64,000 nt of DNA from Thermoanaerobaculia bacterium (GTDB lineage Bacteria; Acidobacteriota; Thermoanaerobaculia; Multivoradales; Multivoraceae): NCBI GenBank assembly GCA_963666565.1, contig OY762911.1, positions 2,208,001 to 2,272,000 of the forward strand, given 5' to 3'. Below, in pieces: positions 20,491-36,025 of the stretch (position 1 is its first letter; each line of letters opens with the position of its first letter). Under the pieces are notes generated by a model. It was given only the letters and a program-made list of their open reading frames with translations. It ran no database searches and was not told the origin of the DNA. A program made the position numbers and the translations under genes.

Positions 20491-23433
20491 GTGAAACTGT
20501 TCCCACGCCTCGAATTCCATCGCACCGGGATCGGTCTGCTGCCCGATCCCCACGACCCGGAACCGGGTTCGGCGGTCCACCTGGCCCAGGTGGCGGGGTC
20601 GAAGCGTCCGCTGACGTTCTGCAGTTGCTCGACGGGCCGGCGGAGCGGTTGCCGCCACCTCAGGCAACTGGAGGGCCAGATCCGGGAACTCCACCAGGCC
20701 GCCGGCGGCGCCTGGATCGACGCGTTCGCCCGCAGCGGCTGGTTCCGGCTGGCCCAGGCCCTGTTCGAGGAACGGCTGCCGGCGGCGTCCGACTGCCTGG
20801 TGCTCAAGGAGGGGGCGCGCGAGCCGATCCGCCTGTTCGCTCCCGATGGCACGGAAGTGCTTCGCTACCTGGAACAGGCGCCTTCCGCGGTCCGTCTCCT
20901 GGAGCGGATCGGGAAGCTCGCGGACGGCGTGTCGGCCGCCGACCGGTCGGGTCTGCTGGAGCGTCTCTCGACCTTCATGCGGACGCCGGAGGAGCAGCAC
21001 CTGAACAAGGCCGGGATGCAGACGAACCGGCAGTTCTTCGAGAGCAGCCTCTGGTTCCGCGTCGCGTACCACGCGCTCAGGGAGTACGGCGACATCAGGG
21101 GCCGGCTCGACGGCAGCGGGACGGCCGGCGCGTCGGTTCGGCTTCGGCCCTTCGTCGAACTCGGGAGCGGCACGGTGTTCCTGGCGGTCCGCGGGCGGGC
21201 GGACGGCCCGGACCTGTTCGAGATCGCCGTGCCGCGCCGCCGGGTCGGCGCGGCGCTCGAGTTTCTCGCCGACGCCGGGCAGGCGTCCATCGTGCCGCTG
21301 CCCGCGGCGGACCTCTTCTACGTCGGGCCGGACACGAAGATCCCGGCAGAGCGCAAGCTCGACGTCCTGCGCCTCGCCGCGGAGGGCGAGGAGATCCTCG
21401 ACGAGGAGGCGCGGAAGCGCTTCCGGTACGGCGATCTCGTCTTCGTGGAGGAGCTGGGAGCGCTCGTGCGGCGCTCGGACCGGGGGGAGAGCGGCTGGCG
21501 CGAGCCCCGGACGCTCGACCTCGAGGCGGCGCGCGTTCCGGCCCTCCGCACCGCGGCGCCGGTCCTGAAACCGGCGCCGGTCCTGACCGAGAATCCGCTG
21601 GCGAGCCTCGGCATCCTCACCGAGTTCGACTACATAGAGATCGAGCCGGACGAGGACGAATCGCTGTCCATCCGCTACGGCTTCGGCGACTCCGACGTGA
21701 GCCTCGAGGACCTGCTGGCGGCGAAGGGCGCCGGCCTGCCGTACCTCGAGACGGCGTCCGGCTGGATCGACCTGAACGCCCCGGCGCTCAGGAACCTCGG
21801 GTCGCTGCCGGCCCGGGCGAGGGCCCGGATGGAAGGCGCCGGCAACGGCGGTTCCGGGGGGCTGCGACTCTCCTCGGCCGAGCTGCTCCGGCTCCAGGCG
21901 TCGAGCACGGCGCCGATCCGCATCGAGGGCGAAGGCAGCAGGCACGACTTCCTGCGCCGCTTCCTGGACCTCCGCCCGGCCGATCCGATGGTAAGTCCGG
22001 GCGGACTGAAGAGCATCCTCCGTCCGTACCAGAAGCTCGGCGTCGAGTGGCTGAAGTTCCTGTACGAGAACGACCTGGCGGGTCTGCTGTGCGACGACAT
22101 GGGCCTCGGCAAGACCCACCAGGCGATGGCCCTGATGGTCATCCTGCGGGAGCAGTTGGGGGTCGACGAGCCGTTCCTCGTCGTCTGCCCGCGCACCGTC
22201 ATCAGCCACTGGCGCAACAAGCTCCGGGAGTACGCGCCGGGACTGCGCCCGGCGTACTACCACGGGCCGCAGCGCGACCTCGAGGAATCGCTCCGCGAGG
22301 GCGACACCGTCCTCACCTCGTACGGCGTGATGCGCAACGACGTCGAACGTTTCGGCGCGCGGCGCTGGGGCCTCATCGTGTTCGACGAGGTGCAGCAGAT
22401 CAAGAACCGGAGCACCCAGGGCTACCGGGCGGCCGTGGCGCTCAAGGCCCGGATGAAGCTGGGGCTGACCGGCACGCCGATCGAGAACTCGCTCACCGAG
22501 TTGAAGGGTCTGTTCGATCTCGTGCTGCCGGGCTACCTGGGCGGCGACGACACCTACCTCGACGTGCTCGGACCGAACGAGCTCGACGCGGACTCCTGGT
22601 ACGCGGCGAACCTGCGGCGCCTGACCGCTCCCTTCGTGCTGCGCCGGGTGAAGACCGCGGTGCTGGACGAACTGCCGGAGAAGATCGAGGACGTGCGGAC
22701 CTGCCGCCTGAGCGCCGAGCAGTTCGACCTGTACCGGCAGACGATCGAAACGAAGGGCGTCACGTTGATGAACGCCCTGCGGAGCGAGCGGGGCGCCCTT
22801 CCGTACATCCACATCTTCGCCCTGCTGAACATGCTGAAGCAGATCTGCGATCATCCCGCGCTGGCGGTGGGCGACCTCGACCGCTACGAGAACTACGAGT
22901 CCGGCAAATGGGACCTGTGCAAGGAACTGCTCGAAGAGAGCTTCGCCAGCGGCCAGAAGGTGGTCGTCTTCAGCCAGTACCTGGGCATGATCGGGATCCT
23001 GGAGCGCCACCTGGCGAAGCTCGGCGTCGAGTTCGTCACGCTGACGGGTTCGACCCGGCAGCGCGGGAAGGTCGTCGACCGCTTCAACAACGACGAGGAC
23101 TGCCGCGTCTTCCTGGGCAGCCTGAAGGCGGGCGGCACGGGCATCGACCTGGTGGGCGGTTCCGTCGTCATCCACTACGACCGCTGGTGGAACGCGGCTC
23201 GCGAGGACCAGGCGACCGACCGCCTGTACCGGATCGGCCAGAAGCGGGCGGTCCACGTCTTCAAGCTGATCACCGAGGAGACGCTCGAAGAGCGCATCGC
23301 CGCCATCATCGACCGCAAGCGCCGGCTCATGGAGAGCGTGGTGCAGGAGGACGACCCCCGGCTCAAGAAGATCTTCTCGCGGGAGGAGCTGATCGAGCTG
23401 CTGCAGGGGCCGGGCCTCGACGAGCCCCAATGA
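20491..23433 (+). CDS. SNF2-family (DEAD/DEAH-box) helicase with N-terminal SWIM-like zinc finger
   Basis: CSCx6CRH; LRPYQ, LCDDMGLGKT, DEVQQIKN, LTGTPIEN, SLKAGGTGIDL and QATDRLYRIGQ. Confidence 0.93.
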   Translation: MKLFPRLEFHRTGIGLLPDPHDPEPGSAVHLAQVAGSKRPLTFCSCSTGRRSGCRHLRQLEGQIRELHQAAGGAWIDAFARSGWFRLAQALFEERLPAASDCLVLKEGAREPIRLFAPDGTEVLRYLEQAPSAVRLLERIGKLADGVSAADRSGLLERLSTFMRTPEEQHLNKAGMQTNRQFFESSLWFRVAYHALREYGDIRGRLDGSGTAGASVRLRPFVELGSGTVFLAVRGRADGPDLFEIAVPRRRVGAALEFLADAGQASIVPLPAADLFYVGPDTKIPAERKLDVLRLAAEGEEILDEEARKRFRYGDLVFVEELGALVRRSDRGESGWREPRTLDLEAARVPALRTAAPVLKPAPVLTENPLASLGILTEFDYIEIEPDEDESLSIRYGFGDSDVSLEDLLAAKGAGLPYLETASGWIDLNAPALRNLGSLPARARARMEGAGNGGSGGLRLSSAELLRLQASSTAPIRIEGEGSRHDFLRRFLDLRPADPMVSPGGLKSILRPYQKLGVEWLKFLYENDLAGLLCDDMGLGKTHQAMALMVILREQLGVDEPFLVVCPRTVISHWRNKLREYAPGLRPAYYHGPQRDLEESLREGDTVLTSYGVMRNDVERFGARRWGLIVFDEVQQIKNRSTQGYRAAVALKARMKLGLTGTPIENSLTELKGLFDLVLPGYLGGDDTYLDVLGPNELDADSWYAANLRRLTAPFVLRRVKTAVLDELPEKIEDVRTCRLSAEQFDLYRQTIETKGVTLMNALRSERGALPYIHIFALLNMLKQICDHPALAVGDLDRYENYESGKWDLCKELLEESFASGQKVVVFSQYLGMIGILERHLAKLGVEFVTLTGSTRQRGKVVDRFNNDEDCRVFLGSLKAGGTGIDLVGGSVVIHYDRWWNAAREDQATDRLYRIGQKRAVHVFKLITEETLEERIAAIIDRKRRLMESVVQEDDPRLKKIFSREELIELLQGPGLDEPQ

Positions 23434-23504
23434 GCGGGGCGACGGCGAGTCCGGTCGATGGCGCCGAAGCCGGGGACCGGGGCCGGGAATAGGGTAGCGG
23501 GCCG

Positions 23505-25067
23505 ATGACCGCCAGGATCGATCTCTACGACACGACGCTGCGCGACGGCACCCAGCGGGAGAACGTCTCCCTGTCGCTGGCGGACAAGCTGGCGATCGCC
23601 CGGCGGCTGGACGCCTTCGGTATCCCTTACATCGAGTGCGGCTGGCCCGGCTCGAACCCGAAGGACGTCGACTTCTTCGAGGCCATCCGGGGCGTCGAAC
23701 TCGAACAGACGAAAATCTGCGCCTTCGGCAGCACGCGCCGCAAGAACGGCCCCTGCGCTCGCGACGGCAACATCCAGGCCCTCGTGGCCGCGGAGACGCC
23801 GGTCGTGACGATCTTCGGCAAGAGCTGGGACCTCCACGTCGAAAAGGTGCTCGAGACGGACATCGCCGAGAACGAGAACATGGTCCGGGACTCGGTCGGC
23901 TACCTCAAGGACCTCGGCCGCGAGGTGATCTACGACGCCGAGCACTTCTTCGACGGCTTCGCCGCGAATCCCGAGTGCGCCCTCGGCACGCTGCGCGCCG
24001 CGGCCGGCGCCGGCGCCGACTGCATCGTGCTGTGCGACACGAACGGCGGCGCCCTGCCCTGGCGGATCGAGGCCGGGGTCGAGGCCGTGCGGGCCGAACT
24101 CGGCGCCGATGCGCGGATCGGCATCCACACCCACGACGACGGCGGCTGCGGCGTGGCGAACTCGCTCGCCGCCGTGCGCGCCGGGGCGGTCATGGTCCAG
24201 GGCACGATCAACGGCTACGGCGAGCGGGTGGCGAACGCCAACCTGGTGACCATCCTGCCCGACCTCCAGTGCAAGATGGGTTTTGCTTGCGTTCCCGACG
24301 AGCGGCTCCGGGAACTGACGGCGCTGTCGCGCTACGTCGCCGAGGTGGCGAACATCGCCCACGACGACCACCTGCCCTACGTCGGCCGGAGCGCCTTCGC
24401 TCACAAGGGCGGCGTTCACGTGGCGGCGATGCTCAAGGATCCGGCCAGCTACCAGCACGTGGCGCCGGAACTCGTTGGGAACGAGATGCGCGCCGTGGTC
24501 TCCGAACTCTCGGGCCGCGGCAACATCGCCCACCTGGCGGCCGGCAGCGGGATCGGCGCGGACACGCCGCACGCGCGCGAGATCCTCTACAAGGTCAAGG
24601 ATCTGGAGAACCGCGGCTACAGCTTCGAGGCCGCGGAGGCCTCCGTCGAGTTGATGCTCCGCCGGGCCGAGCCGGGCTACGAGGCGCCCTTCCGGCTGCT
24701 CGACTTCCTGACCGTCGTGGAGCATCGCGACGGCCGCGGCGTGGTCACGGAAGCGACGGTCAAGGTCGAGCTGCGGGGCGGGGCCGTTGAGCACACGGTT
24801 TCCGAGGGCAACGGGCCGGTCAACGCCCTGGCCCACGCGCTGCGGAAGGCGCTGGCGCCGCACTACCCGGCGCTGAACGACATGCGGCTGGCCGACTACA
24901 AGGTGCGCATCCTGGACAGCGCCCAGGGCACGGCGGCCACGACGCGGGTGCTGGTGGACTTCACGGCCGGCGGCGACCGCTGGACCACGGTCGGCGCGGG
25001 CACGAACATCATCGAAGCGAGCTGGGAAGCGCTCTCCGACGCGATCGAGTACGGCCTGACGAAGTAG
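23505..25067 (+). CDS. cimA: Citramalate synthase
   Basis: YDTTLRDGTQRE, FGKSWDLHV, YDAEHFFDG, AHKGGVH and SELSGRGN, characteristic of the bacterial CimA clade. Confidence 0.9.
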   Translation: MTARIDLYDTTLRDGTQRENVSLSLADKLAIARRLDAFGIPYIECGWPGSNPKDVDFFEAIRGVELEQTKICAFGSTRRKNGPCARDGNIQALVAAETPVVTIFGKSWDLHVEKVLETDIAENENMVRDSVGYLKDLGREVIYDAEHFFDGFAANPECALGTLRAAAGAGADCIVLCDTNGGALPWRIEAGVEAVRAELGADARIGIHTHDDGGCGVANSLAAVRAGAVMVQGTINGYGERVANANLVTILPDLQCKMGFACVPDERLRELTALSRYVAEVANIAHDDHLPYVGRSAFAHKGGVHVAAMLKDPASYQHVAPELVGNEMRAVVSELSGRGNIAHLAAGSGIGADTPHAREILYKVKDLENRGYSFEAAEASVELMLRRAEPGYEAPFRLLDFLTVVEHRDGRGVVTEATVKVELRGGAVEHTVSEGNGPVNALAHALRKALAPHYPALNDMRLADYKVRILDSAQGTAATTRVLVDFTAGGDRWTTVGAGTNIIEASWEALSDAIEYGLTK

Positions 25068-25084
25068 CGCCGTACCCGGCGGGA

Positions 25085-28080
<2,996 letters not shown>

Positions 28081-28084
<4 letters not shown>

Positions 28085-29037
28085 GAGGCGAGCGCCAGTC
28101 GAACGACGTAGCCGCCATAGGCCGCGAGCAGCAGCAGGCCCCAGGCACGTCCGATGCTGCGTCCATGCCGCAGCATGTAGACGGCGAGGAACATGAGCAA
28201 GCTGAAGGCGAGCATGACCGAGGCGTCCACGCCCTCGGCGCCGAACGTGGTCTCGAAGGGCCGGACGAGCACCGCCGCCGGCAGGACGAGCAGGATGTTG
28301 AACACGTTCGAGCCGATGATGTTCCCCAGCACGATGCCGTGGTGCTTGCGGTAGGCGGCGACCAGGCACGCCGCGAGTTCCGGCACGCTGGTCCCGAAGG
28401 CCACGACGGTGAGCCCGATGATCCGCTCGCTGACGCCGAGGTCGCGGGCGAGTTCCTCCGCGGCCGGCACCAGGAGTTGGGCCGCGCCGACGACGAGCAG
28501 AACGAGGCCGAGCAGCGTGCCCAGGGCCGACTTGAGTCCGTTGGCGTGCTGCGCCTCGGCTTCTTCGACCTCCCCGGCGCGGACCAGCACGAAGAGGAAG
28601 TACGCCATCAGCGCGAGCAGGACGGCGCCCTCGAACCGGGCGAAGCGGCCGAAGGCGGTGAAGGTCACGACGAGCAGGGAGGTGGCGAGCATGAAGGGCA
28701 GCTCGCGCCGCACCAGACGCACGGCCTGGCGGTCGGTGGCGTCGTCGTCGTTGAGCAGCGGCGCGACCAGCGCCGACACGCCCAGGATCAGGCCGACGTT
28801 GGCGATGTTCGAGCCGACCACGTTGCCGTAGACGAGCCCGGTGGAGTCGCGCAGCGCCGCGGCTATCGCCACGCCGAGCTCCGGCGCCGAGGTGCCGAAG
28901 GCGACGACGGTCAGGCCGATGACCGTCGGGCTGACCCGCAGAACCGCGGCCAGCCCGGTAACCGAGCGCACCAGGACCTCGCCGCCGGCCCAGAGCACGG
29001 CGATGCCGAGGAGGATCAGCAGCAGGGAGATCAGCAC
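28081..29037 (-). CDS. Calcium/sodium antiporter (YrbG-like)
   Basis: Two alpha repeats, VAFGTSAPE...[10 protein letters not shown] and VAFGTSVPE...[10 protein letters not shown]. Confidence 0.93.
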
Positions 29038-29067
29038 GGTCCGGCTTCGGGTTCGCGGCGTCCGCGC

Positions 29068-30516
<1,449 letters not shown>

Positions 30517-30570
30517 TGCCCGCGCGGATCCGCGGGGCCGGGTTCAACCTATGCCCGCGGGCCGAAGTCG

Positions 30571-31518
30571 TCAATCGGCGGCGCTCACGAGGCGCGCCTC
30601 GACGGGCGCCGGGGGATAGAGGTTGGCGCGGTCGCCGGCGACGAAGGCGTAGACCCGGATTCCGGCCAAGTGGGCGATGTCGAGCGCCAGGCTGGACGGC
30701 GCGCCGACCGCGGCGATCGCGGGGACGCCGGCGACCGCGGCCTTCTGGACGATCTCGAAGCCGAGCCGGCCGCTGACGGCCAGGATCGTCGAGTCGAGGG
30801 GCAGCCGGCCGGCCCGGAGCGCCCGGCCGACGACCTTGTCGACCGCGTTGTGCCGGCCGATGTCCTCGTACAGCCAGAGCAGGTCGGCGTTCCGGTCCAC
30901 TACGTGGAACAGGGCGGCCGCGTGGACGCCGCCGGTGTCCTCGAAGAGGTCCTGCCGGACTCTCATCCTGGCCGGCAGACCGCTGACGACCCGGCGTTCG
31001 AGGTCCGGCGCGAGGTCGAGCGGAGGGATCGACGGCAGCCGCACCCACAGGTCTTCGAGCGAAGGCTTGCCGCAGACGCCGCAGGCGCTGGTGACCCGGA
31101 AGGCGCGCTCGCGCTCGCCGGCGTCCCGCCTGCGGCGCGCGCGCCGGCGGCCTTCGGCCGAGAGGCGAACGTCGACGGTGGCGCCGGGGACTGTGGCTTC
31201 CGGCGGCGCGGCGGTGGGGCTGTCGAGGCCGGGGAGGCCGCCGGGCGCCTGCCGGCCAGAGGGGAGTCCGGCCGACGGATCGGCGGGTTTCGCGACCCCG
31301 GCGACGTCCGCGGCGCCTTCGATCCAGCCCTCGGCGTAGAGGTAGCCGAGCGCCAGTTCGGCCTCGGCGCCGGGACTGCGCATCGTGACGACGATGGGCT
31401 CGCCGTCGACCCGGATCTCGAGCGGCTCTTCGACCGCCACCCGGTCGCGCCTCTCGCCGCCCTCGCCACGCTCGACGAGGACCTCCCGGGCTTCCGCGCC
31501 GGCGTCGCGCCTAGCCAC
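30571..31518 (-). CDS. fdhD: Formate dehydrogenase accessory sulfurtransferase
   Basis: VEEPLEI, TMRSPG, SACGVCG, TGGVHAAA and EDIGRHNAVDKVVG. Start uncertain. Confidence 0.93.
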   Translation of the reverse strand: MARRDAGAEAREVLVERGEGGERRDRVAVEEPLEIRVDGEPIVVTMRSPGAEAELALGYLYAEGWIEGAADVAGVAKPADPSAGLPSGRQAPGGLPGLDSPTAAPPEATVPGATVDVRLSAEGRRRARRRRDAGERERAFRVTSACGVCGKPSLEDLWVRLPSIPPLDLAPDLERRVVSGLPARMRVRQDLFEDTGGVHAAALFHVVDRNADLLWLYEDIGRHNAVDKVVGRALRAGRLPLDSTILAVSGRLGFEIVQKAAVAGVPAIAAVGAPSSLALDIAHLAGIRVYAFVAGDRANLYPPAPVEARLVSAAD

Positions 31519-31567
31519 GGCGGTTCGCCCGGTTTCGGCCGGGGCGGCGGCCCGGAACGGGCCATCG

Positions 31568-31761
31568 GCTGGGTGCGCGGGTCTTCCGACCCGCTGCCGC
31601 CGGAGGCGGCCGGAAAGACGCGCCGGCCGAGAGGCCGGCTCCGCTCGGCCTGGCGCCTCGGCTCGCAGCGGTCGCCGGCCTTTGGCCGGCGGCCGTGTCG
31701 TCCGGGCCGCGCCGCTTCGCGGCGCCGCCCGCAGGCGGGTCGGAAGACCCGCGCACCCAGC
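31568..31761. repeat. REPIN-like doublet of family A
   Basis: Inverted GCTGGGTGCGCGGGTCTTCCGACCCGC arms. Confidence 0.85.
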
Positions 31762-31844
31762 GGAGCGCCGGCTTCGCTCCGGCGGCCCGTTCCATGCAAG
31801 CGTGCACCGCGAGCCTTGCGAACGGCATTCCGCGGCGCGAACTC

Positions 31845-34097
31845 CTAGGCACGGCTGCGCACCCGATCTGCGGCCTGAAGGCGCCTGGACACGACGGTCC
31901 CGGCCGGTTCGACCCGTACGCGCACTCCGTACTCGGGCTCGCCGGAGTCGGGGTCCAGCGACCAGGGCAGGAGTTCCATGCACTCCGGCCAGTGGGCCTC
32001 CACGTTCCCCGGCTTGATCGGACCGAAGCGGGCCGCGAGTTCGAGCCGGGACACGGGCGACGAGACCGCCACGCGGTCGCCGTCGGCGATCCCCCTGGCC
32101 CGGCCGTCTTCCGCGTTCATCAGCAGGTCGGCGCGCTCCAGGCCGGTCAGCGCGTCGCGTTCCCCGTGGACCATCGAGTTGAACTGGCGGCCGCGGCGGG
32201 TCGAGAGGAAGAGCGCGCCGGCCTCCAGCGCGCGGCCGGCCGGCGGCGTCACGGCGTGGAAGCGGGCCCGGCCGGAAGGCGTGGCGAACCGGCCGCCCTC
32301 GAACAGGCGCTCGCTGCCCCACTGGAACTGGTCGCCCTTGCGCCGCAGGTTCTCGATGCCGGCGTAGCGGGGCTCGGCGCGGGCGATCTCGTCGCGGATT
32401 GCCGCCGTGTCCGCGAAGTCGAGCGCCCCGGCGGGTTCGGGCCGCGCCCGGCCGACGATCTCGCACAGGACCTCCCACTCGGGCCGGACCTCGCCAAGCC
32501 GCCTCGCCTCGCCGCCCCGGTAGCCGATCGGCGGCGAGAAGACGATGCGTCTCTCCGTCGTCGTCTCGGTCACGCCGCCGGGGATCTCGTAGCGGGTCGC
32601 CGCCGGCAGCAGCAGCACGGTGTCGCTCGGATCGACGAGCATCGCGCTGCTGAGCAGGATGTCCTGGTGGATCCGGAGCGCGGGCCGGTGCAGCGCGCGC
32701 TCGACCCGCTCCCGGTCGGGCGCCGTCTCGAGAAAGTTGCCGCCGAGGATCCAGAACGCGTCGATGCCGCCTTCGGCCGCGGCCTCGATCTGGCCGGTGG
32801 CGGCCAATCCGGGGCCGCGTGGCGGCTCGAAGCCCCAGACCTCGGCCCAGCGGTCGAGCGTCGCGGCTTCCGTCGCCGGCGCGCAGCCGACCTCGGACCC
32901 GCCCTGCACGCCGGAGTGGCCGCGGATGGGAACGAGGCCGGCGCCGGGCCGGCCGGGGAGGCCGCGCATCAGGCCGAGGTTGCAGAGCGCGAGCACGGTA
33001 TCGACGCCGTGCCGGTGCTGGGTGAGGCCCATCGACCAGACGAGGATCGTCTTCGGCTTTGCGCACAGGAGCGCGGCGAACCGTTCCATCTCGGCGCGGG
33101 AGGCGCCGCTGGCCGTTTCCAGCTCGCTCCAGGACGCGCTCCGCAGCGTCGCTTCGAGGGCCTCGAAGTCCTCGGTGGAGCGCTCGACGAAGCCGCGGTC
33201 GACGCCGCCGGGCAGGTCGAGGAGAGCCTTCATCGTGCCGTTCAGGAACGCGAGGTCGCCGCCGGTATCGACCGCGAACCAGTGGCTGGCCAGGTCGGTG
33301 CCGAAGACCGCGCTCGAAGCGACCGAGGGCACCCAGTAGCGCTCCAGGCCCGGCTCGCGGTACGGGTTGACGACCGCGATCTCGGCGCCGCGCCGGCGCG
33401 CGAAGTGGAGGTACTTGACGGTCACCGGCTGGTTGTTCGGCACGTTCGAGCCGAAGAAGACGATCAGGTCCGCGTCGAGCCAGTCGCGGTAGGAGTTCGT
33501 CGCGGCGCCGACTCCCAGGGAGCGCGTAAGGGCGATCGTCGAGGCCGCGTGGCAGAGGCGGGCCGCCGTGTCGACGTGCGGCGTGCCGAAGAAGCGGGCC
33601 GCCTTCTGGGCGACGTAGTACGTCTCGTTCGGGATGCCGCGCGAGGTCAGGAAGAAGGCGGCGCGCGCCGGGTTGCGCTCGCGGACCTGGGCCAGCCCGG
33701 ACGCCGCTACGTCGACCGCCTCGCGCCAGGAGATGCGCCGGAATCCCGGCTCGCCGGCCCGCCGGATCATCGGATGGGCGAGCCGCCCCAGGCCGCGCAG
33801 CGCCGTCGAGCCGCGGGCGGCCAGCGCCCCGGCGTCGGCGAGGACCGCCGGGTCGAGCGCGGGCATCGTGTTCAGTCGCAGCAGGTCGAGCCGCACCATG
33901 CACAGATGCACCCCGTCCAGCGTCCAGTCCCGCAGCCCGGAGGTCCCCAGCGCGCACCCGTCGCAGACCCCGTCGCGCAGGATGCGCCACGCGTAACCGG
34001 CCTCGTCCCGGTTGCGCCAGGCCACCTTCCCCATCTCCAGGTAGTGGCGCGGCTTGGTCTGGCCCAAGCCGAAGGGGGTCCGCAAGCTGGGACTCAC
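31845..34097 (-). CDS. FdhF/YdeP-family molybdopterin oxidoreductase
   Basis: GVCDGCALG, ARLCHAAS (Cys ligand), WSMGLTQH, PIRGHSGVQG and STRRGRQFNS; adjacent to fdhD. Confidence 0.9.
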   Translation of the reverse strand: MSPSLRTPFGLGQTKPRHYLEMGKVAWRNRDEAGYAWRILRDGVCDGCALGTSGLRDWTLDGVHLCMVRLDLLRLNTMPALDPAVLADAGALAARGSTALRGLGRLAHPMIRRAGEPGFRRISWREAVDVAASGLAQVRERNPARAAFFLTSRGIPNETYYVAQKAARFFGTPHVDTAARLCHAASTIALTRSLGVGAATNSYRDWLDADLIVFFGSNVPNNQPVTVKYLHFARRRGAEIAVVNPYREPGLERYWVPSVASSAVFGTDLASHWFAVDTGGDLAFLNGTMKALLDLPGGVDRGFVERSTEDFEALEATLRSASWSELETASGASRAEMERFAALLCAKPKTILVWSMGLTQHRHGVDTVLALCNLGLMRGLPGRPGAGLVPIRGHSGVQGGSEVGCAPATEAATLDRWAEVWGFEPPRGPGLAATGQIEAAAEGGIDAFWILGGNFLETAPDRERVERALHRPALRIHQDILLSSAMLVDPSDTVLLLPAATRYEIPGGVTETTTERRIVFSPPIGYRGGEARRLGEVRPEWEVLCEIVGRARPEPAGALDFADTAAIRDEIARAEPRYAGIENLRRKGDQFQWGSERLFEGGRFATPSGRARFHAVTPPAGRALEAGALFLSTRRGRQFNSMVHGERDALTGLERADLLMNAEDGRARGIADGDRVAVSSPVSRLELAARFGPIKPGNVEAHWPECMELLPWSLDPDSGEPEYGVRVRVEPAGTVVSRRLQAADRVRSRA

Positions 34098-34128
34098 GAG
34101 AGGATCATAGAAGAGCGAGGGCGCTAGA

Positions 34129-35997
34129 GTGTCGCCGGTGCGGATCTTCCGGGTCGTCGTGTTGGCTGTGGCGCTCCCGCCGGGCGCTGCCCTGGCGCAG
34201 AGCGGGCAGGCGGAAGTCGTTCCCGCCTTCGGGCCGGAGAACTTCGCGGTCGCGGTCGATCCGCGGGCCGACGGCTGGGACACCGAGGCGCTCAGCGAAC
34301 GGGCCGAGGCGCAACTCAAGAAGGTGGCCGGGTGGCTTGCGGAGGTCGCCGCGGGCGGGGCCGATGCCGTGCCGTCCGGCGAGGTCGCGCGGGTCGTCGA
34401 TCCGGGTTTCGAGTCGGACGGGTTCGTGCCGTCCTTGCGCTCGACGGCGAGCGCGCGGGCCGGTTCGCGCGCGGCGCGAGATGGCGCCGCGCAGGCTCCC
34501 GGCGAACTGACCGCGCGCTACCGGGGGCCGGCGTTCACCGTCGAGAGCGGGAGCGTCAGCGGCGCGGACGGGGCCTACCGAGGCGCCGAGGGGTTCCGGC
34601 GGACCCTCGGGGCGCTCGCGGAGCGGCTGGCCGGAAGCGGCCCGCCGCGGGCGGACTTCAAGCTCTACTCGATCGACGCCGGGTCGGCCGGCTTCACGAC
34701 GCTCGCGTACTTCGAGGCTTCGGTTGCCGGAGCGGGCGGCAGCCGCCAGTTGAACTCGGTCTGGTCCACGGTCTGGGGTTTGCCGGCCGACGGCGACGGC
34801 GAGCCGCTGCTGCTGCGGGTGGAGGTCGAGGGCTACGAGGAAACGGAGGCGCCCGGCGGCCCCCTCTTCGTCGACGTCACGGAATCCGCGGTCGGCCACA
34901 ACCCGAGCTACCGCGAACAGCTCCTGCAGCCGCCGGACGCCTGGCTCAACCGGATCACCAAGGCGGCCGGCTACAACAAGACCGGCTGGCAGGGGATCTC
35001 CGTCGCCGATGTGAACGGCGACGGGCTGGACGACATCTTCCTGCCCGAGCAGGGCGGCCTGCCGAACCGGCTCTACGTGCAGAATCGGAACGGCACGTTC
35101 GACGATCGCTCGGCGGAAGCGGCCGTGGACTACCTGGAGCGTGCGCTGGCCGGCCTGTTCGTCGACCTGGACAACGACGGCGACCCGGACCTGGTGCTCT
35201 CCAGCCGGCCGGCCGTACTGGTCCTGGAGAACGACGGCAGCGGCCGCTTCGCCCGGGTGCGCCACGTCGCCGGCGACATCCCCGACGGCAACTCGCTCTC
35301 GGCCGCCGACTACGACAACGACGGCGACCTCGATCTCTACGTCTGCGCCTACCGCCGCGCCTACGACGAGCGCGGCGTGGCGAGCCCGGTCCCCTACCAC
35401 GACGCGAACAACGGCGGCCGGAACGCGCTGCTCCGCAACGACGGCGGCTTCCGGTTCGTCGACGCGACGGCGGAGACCGGGCTCGACGCGAACAACCGCC
35501 GTTTCAGCCTGGCTGCCGCCTGGGAGGACGTGGACGGCGACGGCGATGCCGACCTCTACGTGGCGAACGACTACGGCCGCAACAACCTGTACCGCAACGA
35601 CGGCGGCCGCTTCGTGGACGTGGCGGGGGAGGCGGGCGTCGAGGACATCTCGTCCGGCATGTCGGTGAGCTGGGCGGACTACAACCGGGACGGCCGGATG
35701 GACCTCTACGTCGGCAACATGTTCTCGGCCGCCGGCAACCGGATCACCTACCAGCGGAAGTTCGAGCGCGACCGCCAGCGCGCCGGGCCGCTGGCCGACG
35801 TGCAACGGATGGCGCGGGGCAACTCCCTGTTCGCGGGTGCTTCGGGCGGCGGCTTCGTCGACCGCAGCGTCGAAGCGAACGTGACGATGGGCCGCTGGTC
35901 CTGGTCGTCCGTTTTCGCCGACATCGACAACGACGGCTGGGAGGATCTGGTGGTCGCCAACGGCAACCTGACCCAGACCCTCCCGGACGACCTGTGA
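34129..35997 (+). CDS. Exported FG-GAP/VCBS-repeat (CRTAC1-like) protein; N-terminal part of a predicted UGA-readthrough selenoprotein (34129-38466)
   Basis: Signal peptide; repeated DxDxDGxxDL motifs; ends PDDL-UGA with the same frame staying open for another 822 codons. Confidence 0.88.
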   Translation: MSPVRIFRVVVLAVALPPGAALAQSGQAEVVPAFGPENFAVAVDPRADGWDTEALSERAEAQLKKVAGWLAEVAAGGADAVPSGEVARVVDPGFESDGFVPSLRSTASARAGSRAARDGAAQAPGELTARYRGPAFTVESGSVSGADGAYRGAEGFRRTLGALAERLAGSGPPRADFKLYSIDAGSAGFTTLAYFEASVAGAGGSRQLNSVWSTVWGLPADGDGEPLLLRVEVEGYEETEAPGGPLFVDVTESAVGHNPSYREQLLQPPDAWLNRITKAAGYNKTGWQGISVADVNGDGLDDIFLPEQGGLPNRLYVQNRNGTFDDRSAEAAVDYLERALAGLFVDLDNDGDPDLVLSSRPAVLVLENDGSGRFARVRHVAGDIPDGNSLSAADYDNDGDLDLYVCAYRRAYDERGVASPVPYHDANNGGRNALLRNDGGFRFVDATAETGLDANNRRFSLAAAWEDVDGDGDADLYVANDYGRNNLYRNDGGRFVDVAGEAGVEDISSGMSVSWADYNRDGRMDLYVGNMFSAAGNRITYQRKFERDRQRAGPLADVQRMARGNSLFAGASGGGFVDRSVEANVTMGRWSWSSVFADIDNDGWEDLVVANGNLTQTLPDDL

Positions 35998-36008
35998 AGC
36001 TTTTTCTG

Positions 36009-36025
36009 GCGGCAGGTCGTGCCGC
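36009..36025 (+). promoter_or_regulatory. Candidate bacterial SECIS element
   Basis: GCGGCA-GGTCG-TGCCGC hairpin starting after an 11-nt spacer downstream of the in-frame TGA at 35995-35997. Confidence 0.75.

Noticed and set aside
31845-34097. YdeP/FdhF protein as the selenoprotein of the locus
   Set aside because: The Mo-ligand position is Cys (ARLCH) and there is no in-frame TGA.
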